From Parcubacteria group bacterium GW2011_GWA2_48_9 (GTDB taxonomy: Bacteria; Patescibacteriota; Patescibacteriia; UBA10025), in the NCBI GenBank assembly GCA_001003705.1, contig LCPQ01000001.1:58008-122007 (forward strand): a DNA stretch of 64,000 bases. The letters run 5' to 3'. Below, piece after piece: positions 48,661 through 58,711 of this stretch. Numbering within the stretch: position 1 is the stretch's first letter; each line of letters begins with the position of its first letter. The notes below the pieces were generated by a model that searched no databases, had not been told where the DNA came from, and saw only the letters and a program-made list of their open reading frames with translations. The position numbers were made by a program, and so were the translations under genes.

Positions 48661-50685
48661 TTAAGCCCGTTTCATTCGGACTAATCTGATGAGTACGTAA
48701 ATAAAGAATCCTCCAAGTACTAGGAGAATGGCAATAATTATGTATTCTCGAACTAGTTCTGAAGACGTTGATTCAACATTAGTATACCCGCGCAGGTATT
48801 CTTCCTCATTAACGGCGCGTGCGCTGCGGACAAAGAAAGAGAAGGATGAGCTTTTTTTATCAATCTTTCCTGTTTCGTCGGTGATGGTCGCATAAACCTC
48901 GTGCTTACCGTCAAGAATTTCTTTATCAAGTACATAGCTGAAATTTCCATTCGCGTCAGTCTTTGTTACGACAACTATTGGTGAGCTATAGATAAAGATT
49001 GTAATTGTGGAATATGGGGGGCCAATCCCACTAATAACAATGCTGTTCCCTTGGTCTACAATTGTAGAATTGAATACTGTTATAATCTGCAAGTCTTCAG
49101 AGGTGATTCCTGATGTGATCGGGTTATCTACTGGCAAACCTTTTACAAAGGTGTTGAACTCTTCGGCACCTTGGGATCCAATGCCATCCTCAAGGGATCC
49201 CGATCCGCCAGGGTTTTCTCCAGCTAATACCTCCTCTGCGTCGAGACGTCCGTCACTATCACTGTCAAGAGTATTCGGATTAAGGCCATACTGTTCTTCA
49301 ACTGTATTAGGAATACCGTCGCCATCGTCATCGGCAGGCATGGGCGAATATTCCACAGGTGTAGTTGCAGTCGACGTGTTTGAAATATGCAATTGAACGG
49401 GCTTACTTGCATAGAGATCGCCCGATAGCATTTCCACTCGGGCTATTATTTCATAGGTAGCATTCTCAGTGCCACTAGTGTCCCACTGTGTTTTCCATAC
49501 GTCACCTTCATTATTACCTACACCAATGAAAATATTACTCCGTGAACCGTTTAAATAAAAAGATGTGAGCTTAATGTTCGATCCACTAACTTTTGCTGAA
49601 AGTTCGACAGTGCCCTGAACCGTGGCTCCAGAACTCGGTGAAATGATATTTATAATGGGCGGCGCAGCTTGTTCATCCCCCGAGGTATTGGTAGACGAGT
49701 TAGTAGTATTTGTGTTGTTATTCGAATTGGACGCATCGCTGCTAGGCTGACTAACACATTCACGGGATGTTTCCGGTTTCCCCGCATCAGTATTGCATGC
49801 GTGAGAATCAACACAATTTCGCGTCTGACTTTTACTGATACAAACCGACCAAGTGCCACACTCCCATTGTACGGCACAGAGTGGTGCATTTGAGACTTCA
49901 ATCCAGCGGGTGTATACAGATTCTAAAAAGACACCTGGGCGGGTCTTTATGTTTAACCTGACTTCATAATTTCCATCCGGCACCGATGTGGTGTCCCAGG
50001 TACTTGACCATACTGAAAGCGATGGCGATGACTGCGCTCTCGTTGCGGCTTGACTGACGGTGACTGGCCCGGATTCGCGAATATGAACTTCCGCAGCTTC
50101 GCCAGGGAGGGTGGCCGTAATCGTCACCACGCCAGAAGCTTTTTGTTGGTCGCCTGAAAAAGAAAGCTGGTAAGTATTGTGGATGTAGATTGGTCCGAAT
50201 ACTGGAGGCAGTCCAGCACTATTGGAAAGTTGAAGAGGTGACCCGGCAGTATCCTTTGCAAATACGTTTACAGAATACGAACCATTGGGAATATGCATAG
50301 TTTCGCAACGAAGACGCCATATCCCTGTAGTATCGTGCGATATAGTCTCGCAATGGCCATCAGCTATTATATTTCCCTGCTGAAGATATGTAATGCCTAC
50401 AGCCGCAGTTATTCCATCCGGCACAAAGCGTATATGAAATTCCGATTGCCCTTGCAGGACAGGTGGTTGCACTGATGATGTGTCGGGCGAAATTATATAT
50501 ACGATTGAAACAGTCCCCGAGCCCGGGATCGTTACCTGATCACTTGGAGGGTTCACCTGCGCAGATACATGGAAAGAAACCCCAAATACTACAGATGAAA
50601 TAGCATACGTACAAACTACAACTCCTGCCAGGGTTGCGAGTGTCTGTTTCAAAGTATATGAAAAATGTATTTTCTTTGCCTCCAT
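48661..50685 (-). CDS. Large cell-surface protein with an N-terminal signal/anchor, Ig-like beta regions, a Cys-rich module, acidic DxDxDG calcium-binding-like motifs and a C-terminal TM anchor
   Basis: 674 aa with an N-terminal hydrophobic segment. It has a Cys-rich stretch (CAVQWECGTWSVCISKSQTRNCVDSHACN), a poly-N/S/T linker, …ADDDGDGIPN… and …DSDSDGRLDAEE…. The C-terminal TM is …IIIAILLVLGGFFIYVLIRLVRMKRA. Confidence 0.5.
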   Translation of the reverse strand: MEAKKIHFSYTLKQTLATLAGVVVCTYAISSVVFGVSFHVSAQVNPPSDQVTIPGSGTVSIVYIISPDTSSVQPPVLQGQSEFHIRFVPDGITAAVGITYLQQGNIIADGHCETISHDTTGIWRLRCETMHIPNGSYSVNVFAKDTAGSPLQLSNSAGLPPVFGPIYIHNTYQLSFSGDQQKASGVVTITATLPGEAAEVHIRESGPVTVSQAATRAQSSPSLSVWSSTWDTTSVPDGNYEVRLNIKTRPGVFLESVYTRWIEVSNAPLCAVQWECGTWSVCISKSQTRNCVDSHACNTDAGKPETSRECVSQPSSDASNSNNNTNTTNSSTNTSGDEQAAPPIINIISPSSGATVQGTVELSAKVSGSNIKLTSFYLNGSRSNIFIGVGNNEGDVWKTQWDTSGTENATYEIIARVEMLSGDLYASKPVQLHISNTSTATTPVEYSPMPADDDGDGIPNTVEEQYGLNPNTLDSDSDGRLDAEEVLAGENPGGSGSLEDGIGSQGAEEFNTFVKGLPVDNPITSGITSEDLQIITVFNSTIVDQGNSIVISGIGPPYSTITIFIYSSPIVVVTKTDANGNFSYVLDKEILDGKHEVYATITDETGKIDKKSSSFSFFVRSARAVNEEEYLRGYTNVESTSSELVREYIIIAILLVLGGFFIYVLIRLVRMKRA

Positions 50686-50724
50686 AGCTTACAACGATGT
50701 TATTATGATACCATTTTTTTGCCT

Positions 50725-50768
50725 TTTTGTCAAAGAAAAAACCCCTCGCCGTTTGCTGTGACGAGGGG
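50725..50768 (-). terminator. Rho-independent terminator (minus strand) downstream of the CDP-alcohol phosphatidyltransferase gene
   Basis: CCCCTCG…CGAGGGG stem with a 13-nt loop, followed on the minus strand by TTTTTTCTTT. Confidence 0.5.
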
Positions 50769-50788
50769 GTGATCGCTCCTCCACCCAC

Positions 50789-51478
50789 TTACGAAGTATC
50801 AAGTGCGGAGAAAATCTTATACGCCTCAATCATTCGTTTGACGAGGACGTACACAGTCAGTGCGCAGACAGTGAACAAGCTTACCCAGAAGAATACCGTC
50901 AGCTCATCATACTGCACATACCGCGTGCACAGGCAGACTACAATGACAGCGACGTGAAATCCTGCTCGAGTAAGCGGCCTCTGTTGCTTCTTAAACGTGT
51001 GACCATGCTTTTCAAGGGTTGCGCGCAGGTAGCTCGAAATAATATGAGATCCCAGCGCAATCACGAGCCCGAAGACCAGCACTCGTTCTTCGAAGCCGTC
51101 AGCAGGATACATGCGGATCGTCCTCATGATGAGGCCAGTAAAAATAAAAAGATCCGCAATCCTGTCAATGAGTCCGTCGAGGATATAGCCCATCTGTTTG
51201 AGGTACATCTTCCTCGATCCTGAGGCGTCGAGCAGTCGGGCAAGCTCTCCGTCGACGACATCGCAGATGCCATTTGCTGCAAGAAGTAGGACAGCTGCCC
51301 ACCATGATCCCATCCAGAGTGCATACCCGACACCCAGGGCAAATACAGCGCTGAACCCTGTTACCCAGTTCGGATCGATCCGAAGACGCTCGAGAACTGT
51401 GACGACTGGATGCAAAATCCATGCCGCACCGCGATGGAGAACTGTAGATCGCAATACAACCTTCGTAGATTGTGTCAT
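50789..51478 (-). CDS. CDP-alcohol phosphatidyltransferase-family protein
   Basis: …DVVDGELAR…G…LDGLIDRIAD… matches the D-G-x2-A-R…G-x3-D-x3-D signature. Polytopic membrane protein. Confidence 0.8.
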   Translation of the reverse strand: MTQSTKVVLRSTVLHRGAAWILHPVVTVLERLRIDPNWVTGFSAVFALGVGYALWMGSWWAAVLLLAANGICDVVDGELARLLDASGSRKMYLKQMGYILDGLIDRIADLFIFTGLIMRTIRMYPADGFEERVLVFGLVIALGSHIISSYLRATLEKHGHTFKKQQRPLTRAGFHVAVIVVCLCTRYVQYDELTVFFWVSLFTVCALTVYVLVKRMIEAYKIFSALDTS

Positions 51479-51577
51479 GACTACTACCCCCTAGTAAAGT
51501 GTGCTGTTTCAGTTATTTATAACACCCTACACCATACCCAAAAAACGCACAAGCGAGGTTGCCCGCCATTGTATCAG

Positions 51578-52363
51578 CTAAGTAAGCGATTCTATTAACT
51601 TACCGATAAAGAAAGCTACCGATGACGCTATAACGCCGACGAGGAGCATCTCTGCGCCAGACCGTAACCACGACTTCTGGTTTAATCTTGACCGGAATGC
51701 ACCTGCCACAAAGAGGGTTGCCCCAGATAAAACAATTGAGAGAGTAAATTTGCCGTCCTTGACTAGCGGAAAAATAAACGGTATGAGTGGAGCCAGCCCG
51801 GCAATAAGGAACGAAATGAACGTCGCCAGGGCATGTCGTGCCGGTGAACCGTCCCCCTCATCAACGATCCCCAAATGCTCTCGCATCATGAGCCTCAACC
51901 ATCCTTGCTGATTCGAGCTCACTACTTCAACTGCCCTCTCGAGATCCGCGCCGCTAAAGCCGTATTTGGAGAGAATTTCGTTTGTCTCATCAATTTCCCG
52001 TTCACGGTGGTGCCTCAGCTCCCACGCTTCGCGTTCCTTCTGCGCATTTTGGTAGCCCTGCTCCGACTTTTTACCGAGATAGTTTCCCAGCGCCATCGAA
52101 ACACCGTCAGCCATCAGGTTTGCAAACCCTAGAATTAGAACTATCGTTGGCGAAAGGCCACCCCCGATCGATCCAGCAACTATGGCAAACGTAGTAACAA
52201 TGCCGTCACTTGCGCCAAAAACAGCGTCACCAATATACCTACCTCCGGTACGTTGATGAAAAGATTCTTCCAGTTCCTGCATGGAAAATCTCCCCTTGCG
52301 ACGAAGGTCCTGTTCTGTTTTCGCGTACTCACGCGATAGCACTTTTTCTTGCTCGAAATCCAT
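51578..52363 (-). CDS. VIT1/CCC1-family putative iron/manganese transporter
   Basis: An N-terminal cytoplasmic helical region precedes the VIT membrane domain (…GASDGIVTTFAIVAGSIGG…). The start was moved to the internal MDFEQEK…. Confidence 0.7.
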   Translation of the reverse strand: MDFEQEKVLSREYAKTEQDLRRKGRFSMQELEESFHQRTGGRYIGDAVFGASDGIVTTFAIVAGSIGGGLSPTIVLILGFANLMADGVSMALGNYLGKKSEQGYQNAQKEREAWELRHHREREIDETNEILSKYGFSGADLERAVEVVSSNQQGWLRLMMREHLGIVDEGDGSPARHALATFISFLIAGLAPLIPFIFPLVKDGKFTLSIVLSGATLFVAGAFRSRLNQKSWLRSGAEMLLVGVIASSVAFFIGKLIESLT

Positions 52364-52367
52364 TTTG

Positions 52368-53159
52368 TTAAGATGAAAGAAACTTATAAATACGGCTGTA
52401 GTGTCGTGTAAGAAATTCAGTGGACATGAGTGAATGTTCCTTGCCGCGCAACAGAACATAGGTGCAACCAATCTTTTTTGCGAAATGTTTGCCCGGCAGA
52501 TACGGCACGATCGGGTCATTTTTTTCATGCATGATCATGACCTTTTTTCCAGCTACCTTTGACGCATGCGCTACGGGATTATAAAACACTCCATTATACA
52601 GTTTTTTCACGTCGTGTTTCGAACAGCGATACCCTTCCCCGAAACTTTCTTTCGTAAGGCGGTAGAGCCAGTTAGCGGGCTCAGACTTCTTTTGTGCATT
52701 CCAGTCTACCACAGGGGCGAGGGCAAGGACTTTTGTTACAGACGGGTGGGTTGATGCTAATAGAGCTGCCGGACCGCCGAAGCTCGTGCCAATAAGGTAC
52801 ACCGAGCGGGGTTTTATTCTATACCTCCTACCGCTTATGGTATCCTTAAAACCCTTTTTTATGCCCTTAATAACGTCGAGAATGTCTAGGTGTGGTGATT
52901 TCCTTAAAAATTCACCCTTGCTTTCCCATGTGCCACGGTAGCGTGGGTGAAACGCCCAATATCCCTTTTTTGAAAGGAACTCAAGCTCATCTCGCTTGTT
53001 TGGTACTGTGGGCATACCTTGGCAAAGAATGATCACCTTATGTGACCTTCTTACTGGCGGTAAAAATTCTGCAACAATATCTTTTGCGAACCGCGTACGA
53101 AGTGGCCTCATAGATGTAGTATAATAAAAAAAGTGGTCACTGAGAACGTTTTGTGACAA
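52368..53159 (-). CDS. Alpha/beta-fold hydrolase
   Basis: Nucleophile elbow …LIGTSFGGPAA… and a C-terminal …MIMHEKNDPIVPY… acid/His region. Confidence 0.7.
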   Translation of the reverse strand: MSQNVLSDHFFYYTTSMRPLRTRFAKDIVAEFLPPVRRSHKVIILCQGMPTVPNKRDELEFLSKKGYWAFHPRYRGTWESKGEFLRKSPHLDILDVIKGIKKGFKDTISGRRYRIKPRSVYLIGTSFGGPAALLASTHPSVTKVLALAPVVDWNAQKKSEPANWLYRLTKESFGEGYRCSKHDVKKLYNGVFYNPVAHASKVAGKKVMIMHEKNDPIVPYLPGKHFAKKIGCTYVLLRGKEHSLMSTEFLTRHYSRIYKFLSS

Positions 53160-53874
53160 TAAACTTCGGTAGAGTCACTGCGATGATTACAGCAAACATG
53201 GCAACGGCAAGATATATCAGCCTTACTCCTTCACTTACCTCGAGCAACTTCTGACCGTATGTCGTGAGTATCAAGCCAGTGGATAAAAAGCCAATAGAAA
53301 TGATCTTCAGAAACCTACGAAACGAAATTGTTGAAAGTCCGATAGCGAAGCTTGCAACGTCGACTGGAAAAGCCGGAAGGAGGTACACCAGCCACATCAT
53401 CAGTTCGTTTCTTCCGAGAAAAGCGTCATAGAGGGAGAGTTGCTCCTTTTTTACTAAACGTCCGACTATGGGGCGGCCAAATTTACGTGATATCCAAAAG
53501 GCGAGAGTTGATCCGATCATATTTCCAACCCACGCATAGAGTATACCCGGCCAAACGCCATAGAGAATCCCTAAGGCGATAACTACTACCCCGCCAGGTA
53601 TCGGTGCAATAACCGTTTCGGCGATAATGATGGCCATAACGACAAACGGACCACCGCCCCCGAACTGTGATGTCCAGGTCTCAACTTCATCCCTCCCAGG
53701 AAAGTATTTACCAAAAAAGGCAAAGGCGACCATCATAAGAAGAAAGAACCCTATGATGGCAACATCCGTACGCCAAAGTGCACGGTTACGTTTAAATGCG
53801 TTAGCAAAATTATGTAAAACACCCATGTGTCTATTGTAGCATGAGTCACCGTTCTTGAGATTAAGCAAAAGCAC
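53137..53874 (-). CDS. DedA/TVP38-family membrane protein
   Basis: 245 aa with about 5–6 TM segments and the DedA-like re-entrant region. The true start is probably the internal Met near 53826. Confidence 0.7.
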   Translation of the reverse strand: MLLLNLKNGDSCYNRHMGVLHNFANAFKRNRALWRTDVAIIGFFLLMMVAFAFFGKYFPGRDEVETWTSQFGGGGPFVVMAIIIAETVIAPIPGGVVVIALGILYGVWPGILYAWVGNMIGSTLAFWISRKFGRPIVGRLVKKEQLSLYDAFLGRNELMMWLVYLLPAFPVDVASFAIGLSTISFRRFLKIISIGFLSTGLILTTYGQKLLEVSEGVRLIYLAVAMFAVIIAVTLPKFIVTKRSQ

Positions 53875-53946
53875 AAGGGGGCGCCACCTATCGGTGACAC
53901 CCCCACGTACGCGTGCAAGGTTGTAGTAAGATTACTTCTTCAGCTA

Positions 53947-54738
53947 CTACTTTGCCAGCTCAGCATCAATAACCGAGGCAAACTGTTCGTACGGTACCGC
54001 TCCTGAGACGAGCGTCCCATTGACGAAGGTCGCGGGTGTTCCCTGTACGCCGTATTGGGTTCCTTGAGTTGTGTCGTCCTGTACTTTTGACTGGTATTTG
54101 CCTGAGTCGAGACAACCATCAAACTGGCTCTGGTTCAACCCGAGGCCCCCGGCAGCACTCTTAAAGTTTTCTATGCTTAACGTGCCGGCCGCATTCATCT
54201 CAAAAAGCTTATCATGCATCTCCCAAAACTTACCTTGCTCTGCCGCGCATTCAGAGGCCTCTGCAGCCTTCTGCGCCAAGGGATGAAGTGATGTCAAGGG
54301 AAAGTGCCGATAGATAAGCCGTACATCATCTCCATATGTGTCGAGAATCCGCTGCGTAGTTGGATTAACCTGTTCACAGAATGGGCACTGAAAATCTGAA
54401 TATTCCACTAATGTGACTTTCGCGTTTTCACCGCCGCGAATATAATCATCGTCGCGAATAGGAATGTCGACCACTGTTGGAGCAGCTGTGGGCGCAGCGG
54501 CAGTCGGGGCAGTATTTGTTGGGGCAACAGTGTTTGTAGTCGTCCCTGCAACTTTCCCGGTGTTTGAATTCTTAGAACCTACGCTGCCTCCCGTCCGAAG
54601 CATGGAGAAAGTCAGCATAAAACCTATGAAACTGATTGCGGCTATCCCTGAAACAAGTCCGAAGTAGAAGGTCATTTTCGATGAACCCTGGAATAAACCT
54701 TGTTCCGATTCTTGTGGCTGCGTACGTTCATGGTCCAT
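53947..54738 (-). CDS. DsbA-like thioredoxin-fold oxidoreductase with N-terminal TM anchor and a Thr/Ala-rich linker
   Basis: CxxC active site …DFQCPFCEQ… in a DsbA-type domain. It has its own promoter carrying a TACTAC-N5-GTAGTA operator. Confidence 0.8.
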   Translation of the reverse strand: MDHERTQPQESEQGLFQGSSKMTFYFGLVSGIAAISFIGFMLTFSMLRTGGSVGSKNSNTGKVAGTTTNTVAPTNTAPTAAAPTAAPTVVDIPIRDDDYIRGGENAKVTLVEYSDFQCPFCEQVNPTTQRILDTYGDDVRLIYRHFPLTSLHPLAQKAAEASECAAEQGKFWEMHDKLFEMNAAGTLSIENFKSAAGGLGLNQSQFDGCLDSGKYQSKVQDDTTQGTQYGVQGTPATFVNGTLVSGAVPYEQFASVIDAELAK

Positions 54739-54787
54739 ATTGGCATGCCTGAGGTTAATGGGTAAGATTAGGTAAATACTAAATATC

Positions 54788-54823
54788 TACTACACATTGT
54801 AGTAGAACTGTAGGATCAGTCAA
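54788..54823 (-). promoter_or_regulatory. Promoter of the DsbA-like gene with overlapping BlaI/CopY-type operator
   Basis: Minus strand reads TTGACT, a 16-nt spacer, then TACAAT. The perfect inverted repeat TACTAC-acatt-GTAGTA at 54788-54804 overlaps the -10. The core TACAnnnTGTA resembles BlaI/MecI/CopY boxes. Confidence 0.55.
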
Positions 54824-54845
54824 GAAAGTTATACACACCCTAAAA

Positions 54846-57053
54846 TTATTTCCATCTCTTAAGAAGAAGGGAGTTTGCGACCACGGATACACTTGAGAGA
54901 GCCATAGCCGCACCGGCAATCTCAGGACGGAGTTGCCATCCAAAAATAGGGTAGAAAATTCCGGCAGCAATGGGAATCCCGGCAATATTGTAGATGAGCG
55001 CCCAAAAAAGGTTCTGAACTATCTTTCGGAAGGTTCTTCGTGAAAGTGTGATGGCATGGACAACGTCGCGAAGATCGTTCTTGACCAGCACGATTTGCCC
55101 GGTCTCGAGGGCCACATCTGTCCCCGACCCAATGGCGATCCCAAGATCTGCTGTCGCAAGCGCCGGAGCGTCGTTGATGCCATCGCCGACGAAAGCAACT
55201 CTTTTTCCCCGTCCCTGCAGCTTCTTCACTTCATTTGCTTTGTCTTCCGGGAGGACTTCCGCGAGAATATAGCTGATGCCGATTTGTCCGGCTACCGCAT
55301 TGGCGGTGCGCTGGTTATCTCCTGTAATCATGGCAGTATGAATACCGAGCTTTTCAAGACTGCTGATCGCATCCGAAGCGTTGTCTTTCACCGTGTCGGC
55401 CACAGCAATCAATCCTGCCGCAGCATTTCCGATCCCGATGATCATGACGGTCTTGCCTTCATGCTCGAGACGTTCGAGGTCAGCATCAAGCTGCATAATA
55501 TCGATATGCTCTCGATCGAAGAGTCGCCGGTTTCCTAGCATCACCCTCTGGCCGTCAATGTTGCCGACTACCCCATGGCCCGGTACTGCAGTAAAGTACT
55601 CGACCTCAGATAGGGTAAGCGCATCCTGTGCGGCGCGTGTAACGATCGCTTCTGCCAAAGGATGTTCTGATCGCTTCTCGACTGATGCAGCATACATCAA
55701 TAGTGTGTGTTCATCTACCCCAGATGCCGTCACAATATTAGTCACGACTGGCTTGCCATTCGTCAATGTACCGGTCTTGTCGAACATAACAATATCGATC
55801 CTCCGCGCAGCTTCAAGCGCCTCGCCTCCTTTAATTAAAATACCCTTGGAGGCGCCTATGCCCGTGCCGGTGATGATTGCAGTGGGTGTAGCAAGGCCAA
55901 GGGCACAGGGGCAGGCGATAACCAAAACTGCGACAAATGCGAGCAAGCTTGGGACAAAAGGTTGGAGCGCAATAAAGTACCACGCAATAAACGTGATAAG
56001 TGCAATAGCAATGACGGCGGGAACAAAGTACGCCGAAACTCTGTCAGCAAACCGTTGAATGGGCGCTTTAGACGCTTGAGCATCTTCGACAAGTTTAATG
56101 ATGCCTGCAAGTAACGTGTCTTTACCAACTTTTGTGGCCTTAAAAATGAATGTTCCGTGTTTGTTGATCGTCCCGCCTATGACAACAGATTCAACGATCT
56201 TTTCGGTGGGGATGCTCTCACCTGTTACCATTGATTCATCAACTGATGAGGCTCCTTCTTCGACGACGCCGTCAACGGGGATTTTTGTACCAGGCTTGAC
56301 GCGAATTCGGTCACCGACGACAACATCGTTCAGGGAAATCTCAATCTCGCTGTTCCCACGAACCACGATAGCTGTCTTCGGGGCCAAGCCCATCAGCTTT
56401 TTGATCGCTTCTCCTGTTTTGCCCTTTGCCCGCGCTTCGAGCCATTTACCCAACAGAACAAACGCGATGAGAATACTGCCGATCTCAAAGTATACTTCTC
56501 CCGCCACAAGGCCGAGGACTACGATGATCGAATACACATACGCAGTTGATGTACCAATCGCAATGAGAGAATCCATGTTAGCCGTTCGGGCTTTCAGAGC
56601 GCCCCAGAAACCCCGATAAAATTGCCATCCCGCCCAAAACTGTATTGGCGTAGCAAAGAGAAACTGCAGCCATTCGCGATACGGAACGCTTTCAATAACT
56701 GGAAAAACTCGCATGCCCATGCTCAATACAAGGACAGGAAGTGAGAGCGCCACGCTTATGGCGAATTTACTTTTCAACTTTCGTATTTCATTCCTCCGGC
56801 TTTCTTCCTCACTTTGGCGAGATTCGTCGTTTTCCTTCAGCTCTTTCGCCCCATAGCCTACGGCTTCGACTCCTTTTACAAGGGCGCTGATGTTGGTAAT
56901 GGAAGAATCATACACCACATGCGCTCGTTCCGTACCGTAATTCACTGAGGTTTGCTGGACACCACTGACACGTTTCAACCCACGTTCAATTAGCTGAGCG
57001 CAGCTTGCGCAATGCATTCCAGATACTGACAATAGTACGTTCTGATCGGCCAT
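54846..57053 (-). CDS. copA: Copper-translocating P1B-type ATPase
   Basis: N-terminal HMA domain (…GMHCASCAQLIE…), TM CPC motif (…IACPCALGLATP…), DKTGTLT phosphorylation site and GDGINDAP hinge. Confidence 0.95.
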   Translation of the reverse strand: MADQNVLLSVSGMHCASCAQLIERGLKRVSGVQQTSVNYGTERAHVVYDSSITNISALVKGVEAVGYGAKELKENDESRQSEEESRRNEIRKLKSKFAISVALSLPVLVLSMGMRVFPVIESVPYREWLQFLFATPIQFWAGWQFYRGFWGALKARTANMDSLIAIGTSTAYVYSIIVVLGLVAGEVYFEIGSILIAFVLLGKWLEARAKGKTGEAIKKLMGLAPKTAIVVRGNSEIEISLNDVVVGDRIRVKPGTKIPVDGVVEEGASSVDESMVTGESIPTEKIVESVVIGGTINKHGTFIFKATKVGKDTLLAGIIKLVEDAQASKAPIQRFADRVSAYFVPAVIAIALITFIAWYFIALQPFVPSLLAFVAVLVIACPCALGLATPTAIITGTGIGASKGILIKGGEALEAARRIDIVMFDKTGTLTNGKPVVTNIVTASGVDEHTLLMYAASVEKRSEHPLAEAIVTRAAQDALTLSEVEYFTAVPGHGVVGNIDGQRVMLGNRRLFDREHIDIMQLDADLERLEHEGKTVMIIGIGNAAAGLIAVADTVKDNASDAISSLEKLGIHTAMITGDNQRTANAVAGQIGISYILAEVLPEDKANEVKKLQGRGKRVAFVGDGINDAPALATADLGIAIGSGTDVALETGQIVLVKNDLRDVVHAITLSRRTFRKIVQNLFWALIYNIAGIPIAAGIFYPIFGWQLRPEIAGAAMALSSVSVVANSLLLKRWK

Positions 57054-57077
57054 AAAGAATATGCAGTAAGCTAATCG

Positions 57078-57449
57078 TTATTCGACCACAATCTTCCCCT
57101 GATACATCCCCATATCGCATGTAAAAGGGATTTCCCCTGTTTCGGTAGGAGTAAACTCAACATCAGTCATGCCAAATGCCTTGAGATCCTTCCGAATCTT
57201 CATCCCCTCAAAGGTAACATACCGCGAACAATCCGCATGTTCTTGGCGGTTAAAGTGAAGGCGTACGGGAATCCCCGCTTTTACCGTAATGATGTTTGGA
57301 TCGTATGCCCCTTTTACTAAGATGGTGATTTCTTGTACACCGCTATTCATTTCCGCTTTTTCCTGCTTCCTTTGGAACCGGAGCCAAAGAAAAAAAATTC
57401 CGAAAATACCCGCTGTAAGGACGATGCCGATAACTTGACGTGAATCCAT
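57078..57449 (-). CDS. Small membrane-anchored cupredoxin-like protein
   Basis: 123 aa with an N-terminal TM segment. The C-terminal domain ends …FTCDMGMYQGKIVVE, a Cupredoxin_1-like CxxGMxxGxI motif. It is a paralogue of the next gene. Confidence 0.55.
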   Translation of the reverse strand: MDSRQVIGIVLTAGIFGIFFLWLRFQRKQEKAEMNSGVQEITILVKGAYDPNIITVKAGIPVRLHFNRQEHADCSRYVTFEGMKIRKDLKAFGMTDVEFTPTETGEIPFTCDMGMYQGKIVVE

Positions 57450-57492
57450 GGCCGTCTTATGAAACTATAATCAACCTTCGCATGTTCAGGTG

Positions 57493-57930
57493 TTAAATGA
57501 CATTAATCGTACCCCGAAACATCCCCATAGAGCATTGAAAAACAATGGAACCCTTCTCCTGTGCAACGAATTCAACCGTATCTTCTCCTGTTGTTTGTAG
57601 ATTCTTAGTTATTCCAAGCTTTGGAATTGTGAACGACCGCGCGCATCCGTAGGTATTGTTTGTCACTAATTTCATTCGTACCCTCTGTCCTTGCTTAACA
57701 GTCACTTGGGAGGGAGAATATCCATTTGAAGCAACGTTGATGGTTACAGAGTCGGAAACGACGTCAACATCTTGATCTGTATCCCCCTGGTCTACGGTGG
57801 CATCTGCATTCAGGCCGCTCCCTAACCTCCACGCTATTCCGCCGCCGATGACGATGACCAGGCCGACAATAATCATTATATTAGTAAAAGACTTACTATC
57901 ATCCGACTGTTTGCTATTTTGTCGTTTCAT
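57493..57930 (-). CDS. Small membrane-anchored cupredoxin-like protein (paralogue)
   Basis: 145 aa with an N-terminal TM segment, ending …FQCSMGMFRGTINVI. It has the same architecture as 57078..57449. Confidence 0.55.
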   Translation of the reverse strand: MKRQNSKQSDDSKSFTNIMIIVGLVIVIGGGIAWRLGSGLNADATVDQGDTDQDVDVVSDSVTINVASNGYSPSQVTVKQGQRVRMKLVTNNTYGCARSFTIPKLGITKNLQTTGEDTVEFVAQEKGSIVFQCSMGMFRGTINVI

Positions 57931-57952
57931 ACTATAAGTACAAAATTAATTA

Positions 57953-58708
57953 TTACTTACTAAACCAGGATTCCGGCTGAAAATCATTGAGCGCACGGTT
58001 GATATACACATTTGTCAAATACAGTTGATTCGTTATCATGAGAACTCCAATCAGCATCAAGAGTGCTGCGCTGACCATCGTGACCATTCTATGGTGCTTT
58101 TTAATAAACTGAGTGGCTTCGATTATTCTGCTGTAAAAAAGGGTAAACGTGAGAAGGGCAACTGCAAGACCAAGCGAGTAGAGGCTGAAATACGCGATAC
58201 CGCTGCCAATATTCCCTGTCTGACTTACCAGCGCTACGACACCGAGGAGAAAGGGACCGATGCATGGAGTCCAGACAAAAGCGAACGTGGCACCAAAAAA
58301 CAGGTTTCCGATAAACGTGCGCTGGTGTGGCTTCCAGTGAATCCGAGCTTCGCCGTTCATCCAGCGGAGAAATGATAGCGGATAAACAAAATTGAGTCCA
58401 AGGAGAAATACTACAGCCCCAGCAACTACTGCTATGATCTCCCGTGCGCTACCAATCGCCTCCGCAGCAACACCGATAAGCGCACCCAATGGAATAAAGA
58501 TAAGAAAAAATCCGAGAACGAAACCAGTGGCATTTGAAAGAATTTGGCGGCGGAAAGTATGACTGTCATCGGTAGTTCGCAATTCCTCGGTACTCAACCC
58601 AGTAATGGTGGTGAGATACGCGGGGAGCAAAACGACGACGCAGGGAGAAATGATTGAAAGAACACCGTAGAAAAACGAAAAGAAAAATGGTATAGTGCTA
58701 ATATCCAT
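57953..58708 (-). CDS. ccdA: CcdA/DsbD-family thiol-disulfide transporter (membrane electron-transfer protein)
   Basis: 251 aa with 6+ TM segments and conserved Cys in TM1 (…LSIISPCVVVLLPAYL…) and TM4 (…WTPCIGPFL…). Confidence 0.8.
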   Translation of the reverse strand: MDISTIPFFFSFFYGVLSIISPCVVVLLPAYLTTITGLSTEELRTTDDSHTFRRQILSNATGFVLGFFLIFIPLGALIGVAAEAIGSAREIIAVVAGAVVFLLGLNFVYPLSFLRWMNGEARIHWKPHQRTFIGNLFFGATFAFVWTPCIGPFLLGVVALVSQTGNIGSGIAYFSLYSLGLAVALLTFTLFYSRIIEATQFIKKHHRMVTMVSAALLMLIGVLMITNQLYLTNVYINRALNDFQPESWFSK

Positions 58709-58711
58709 GCG

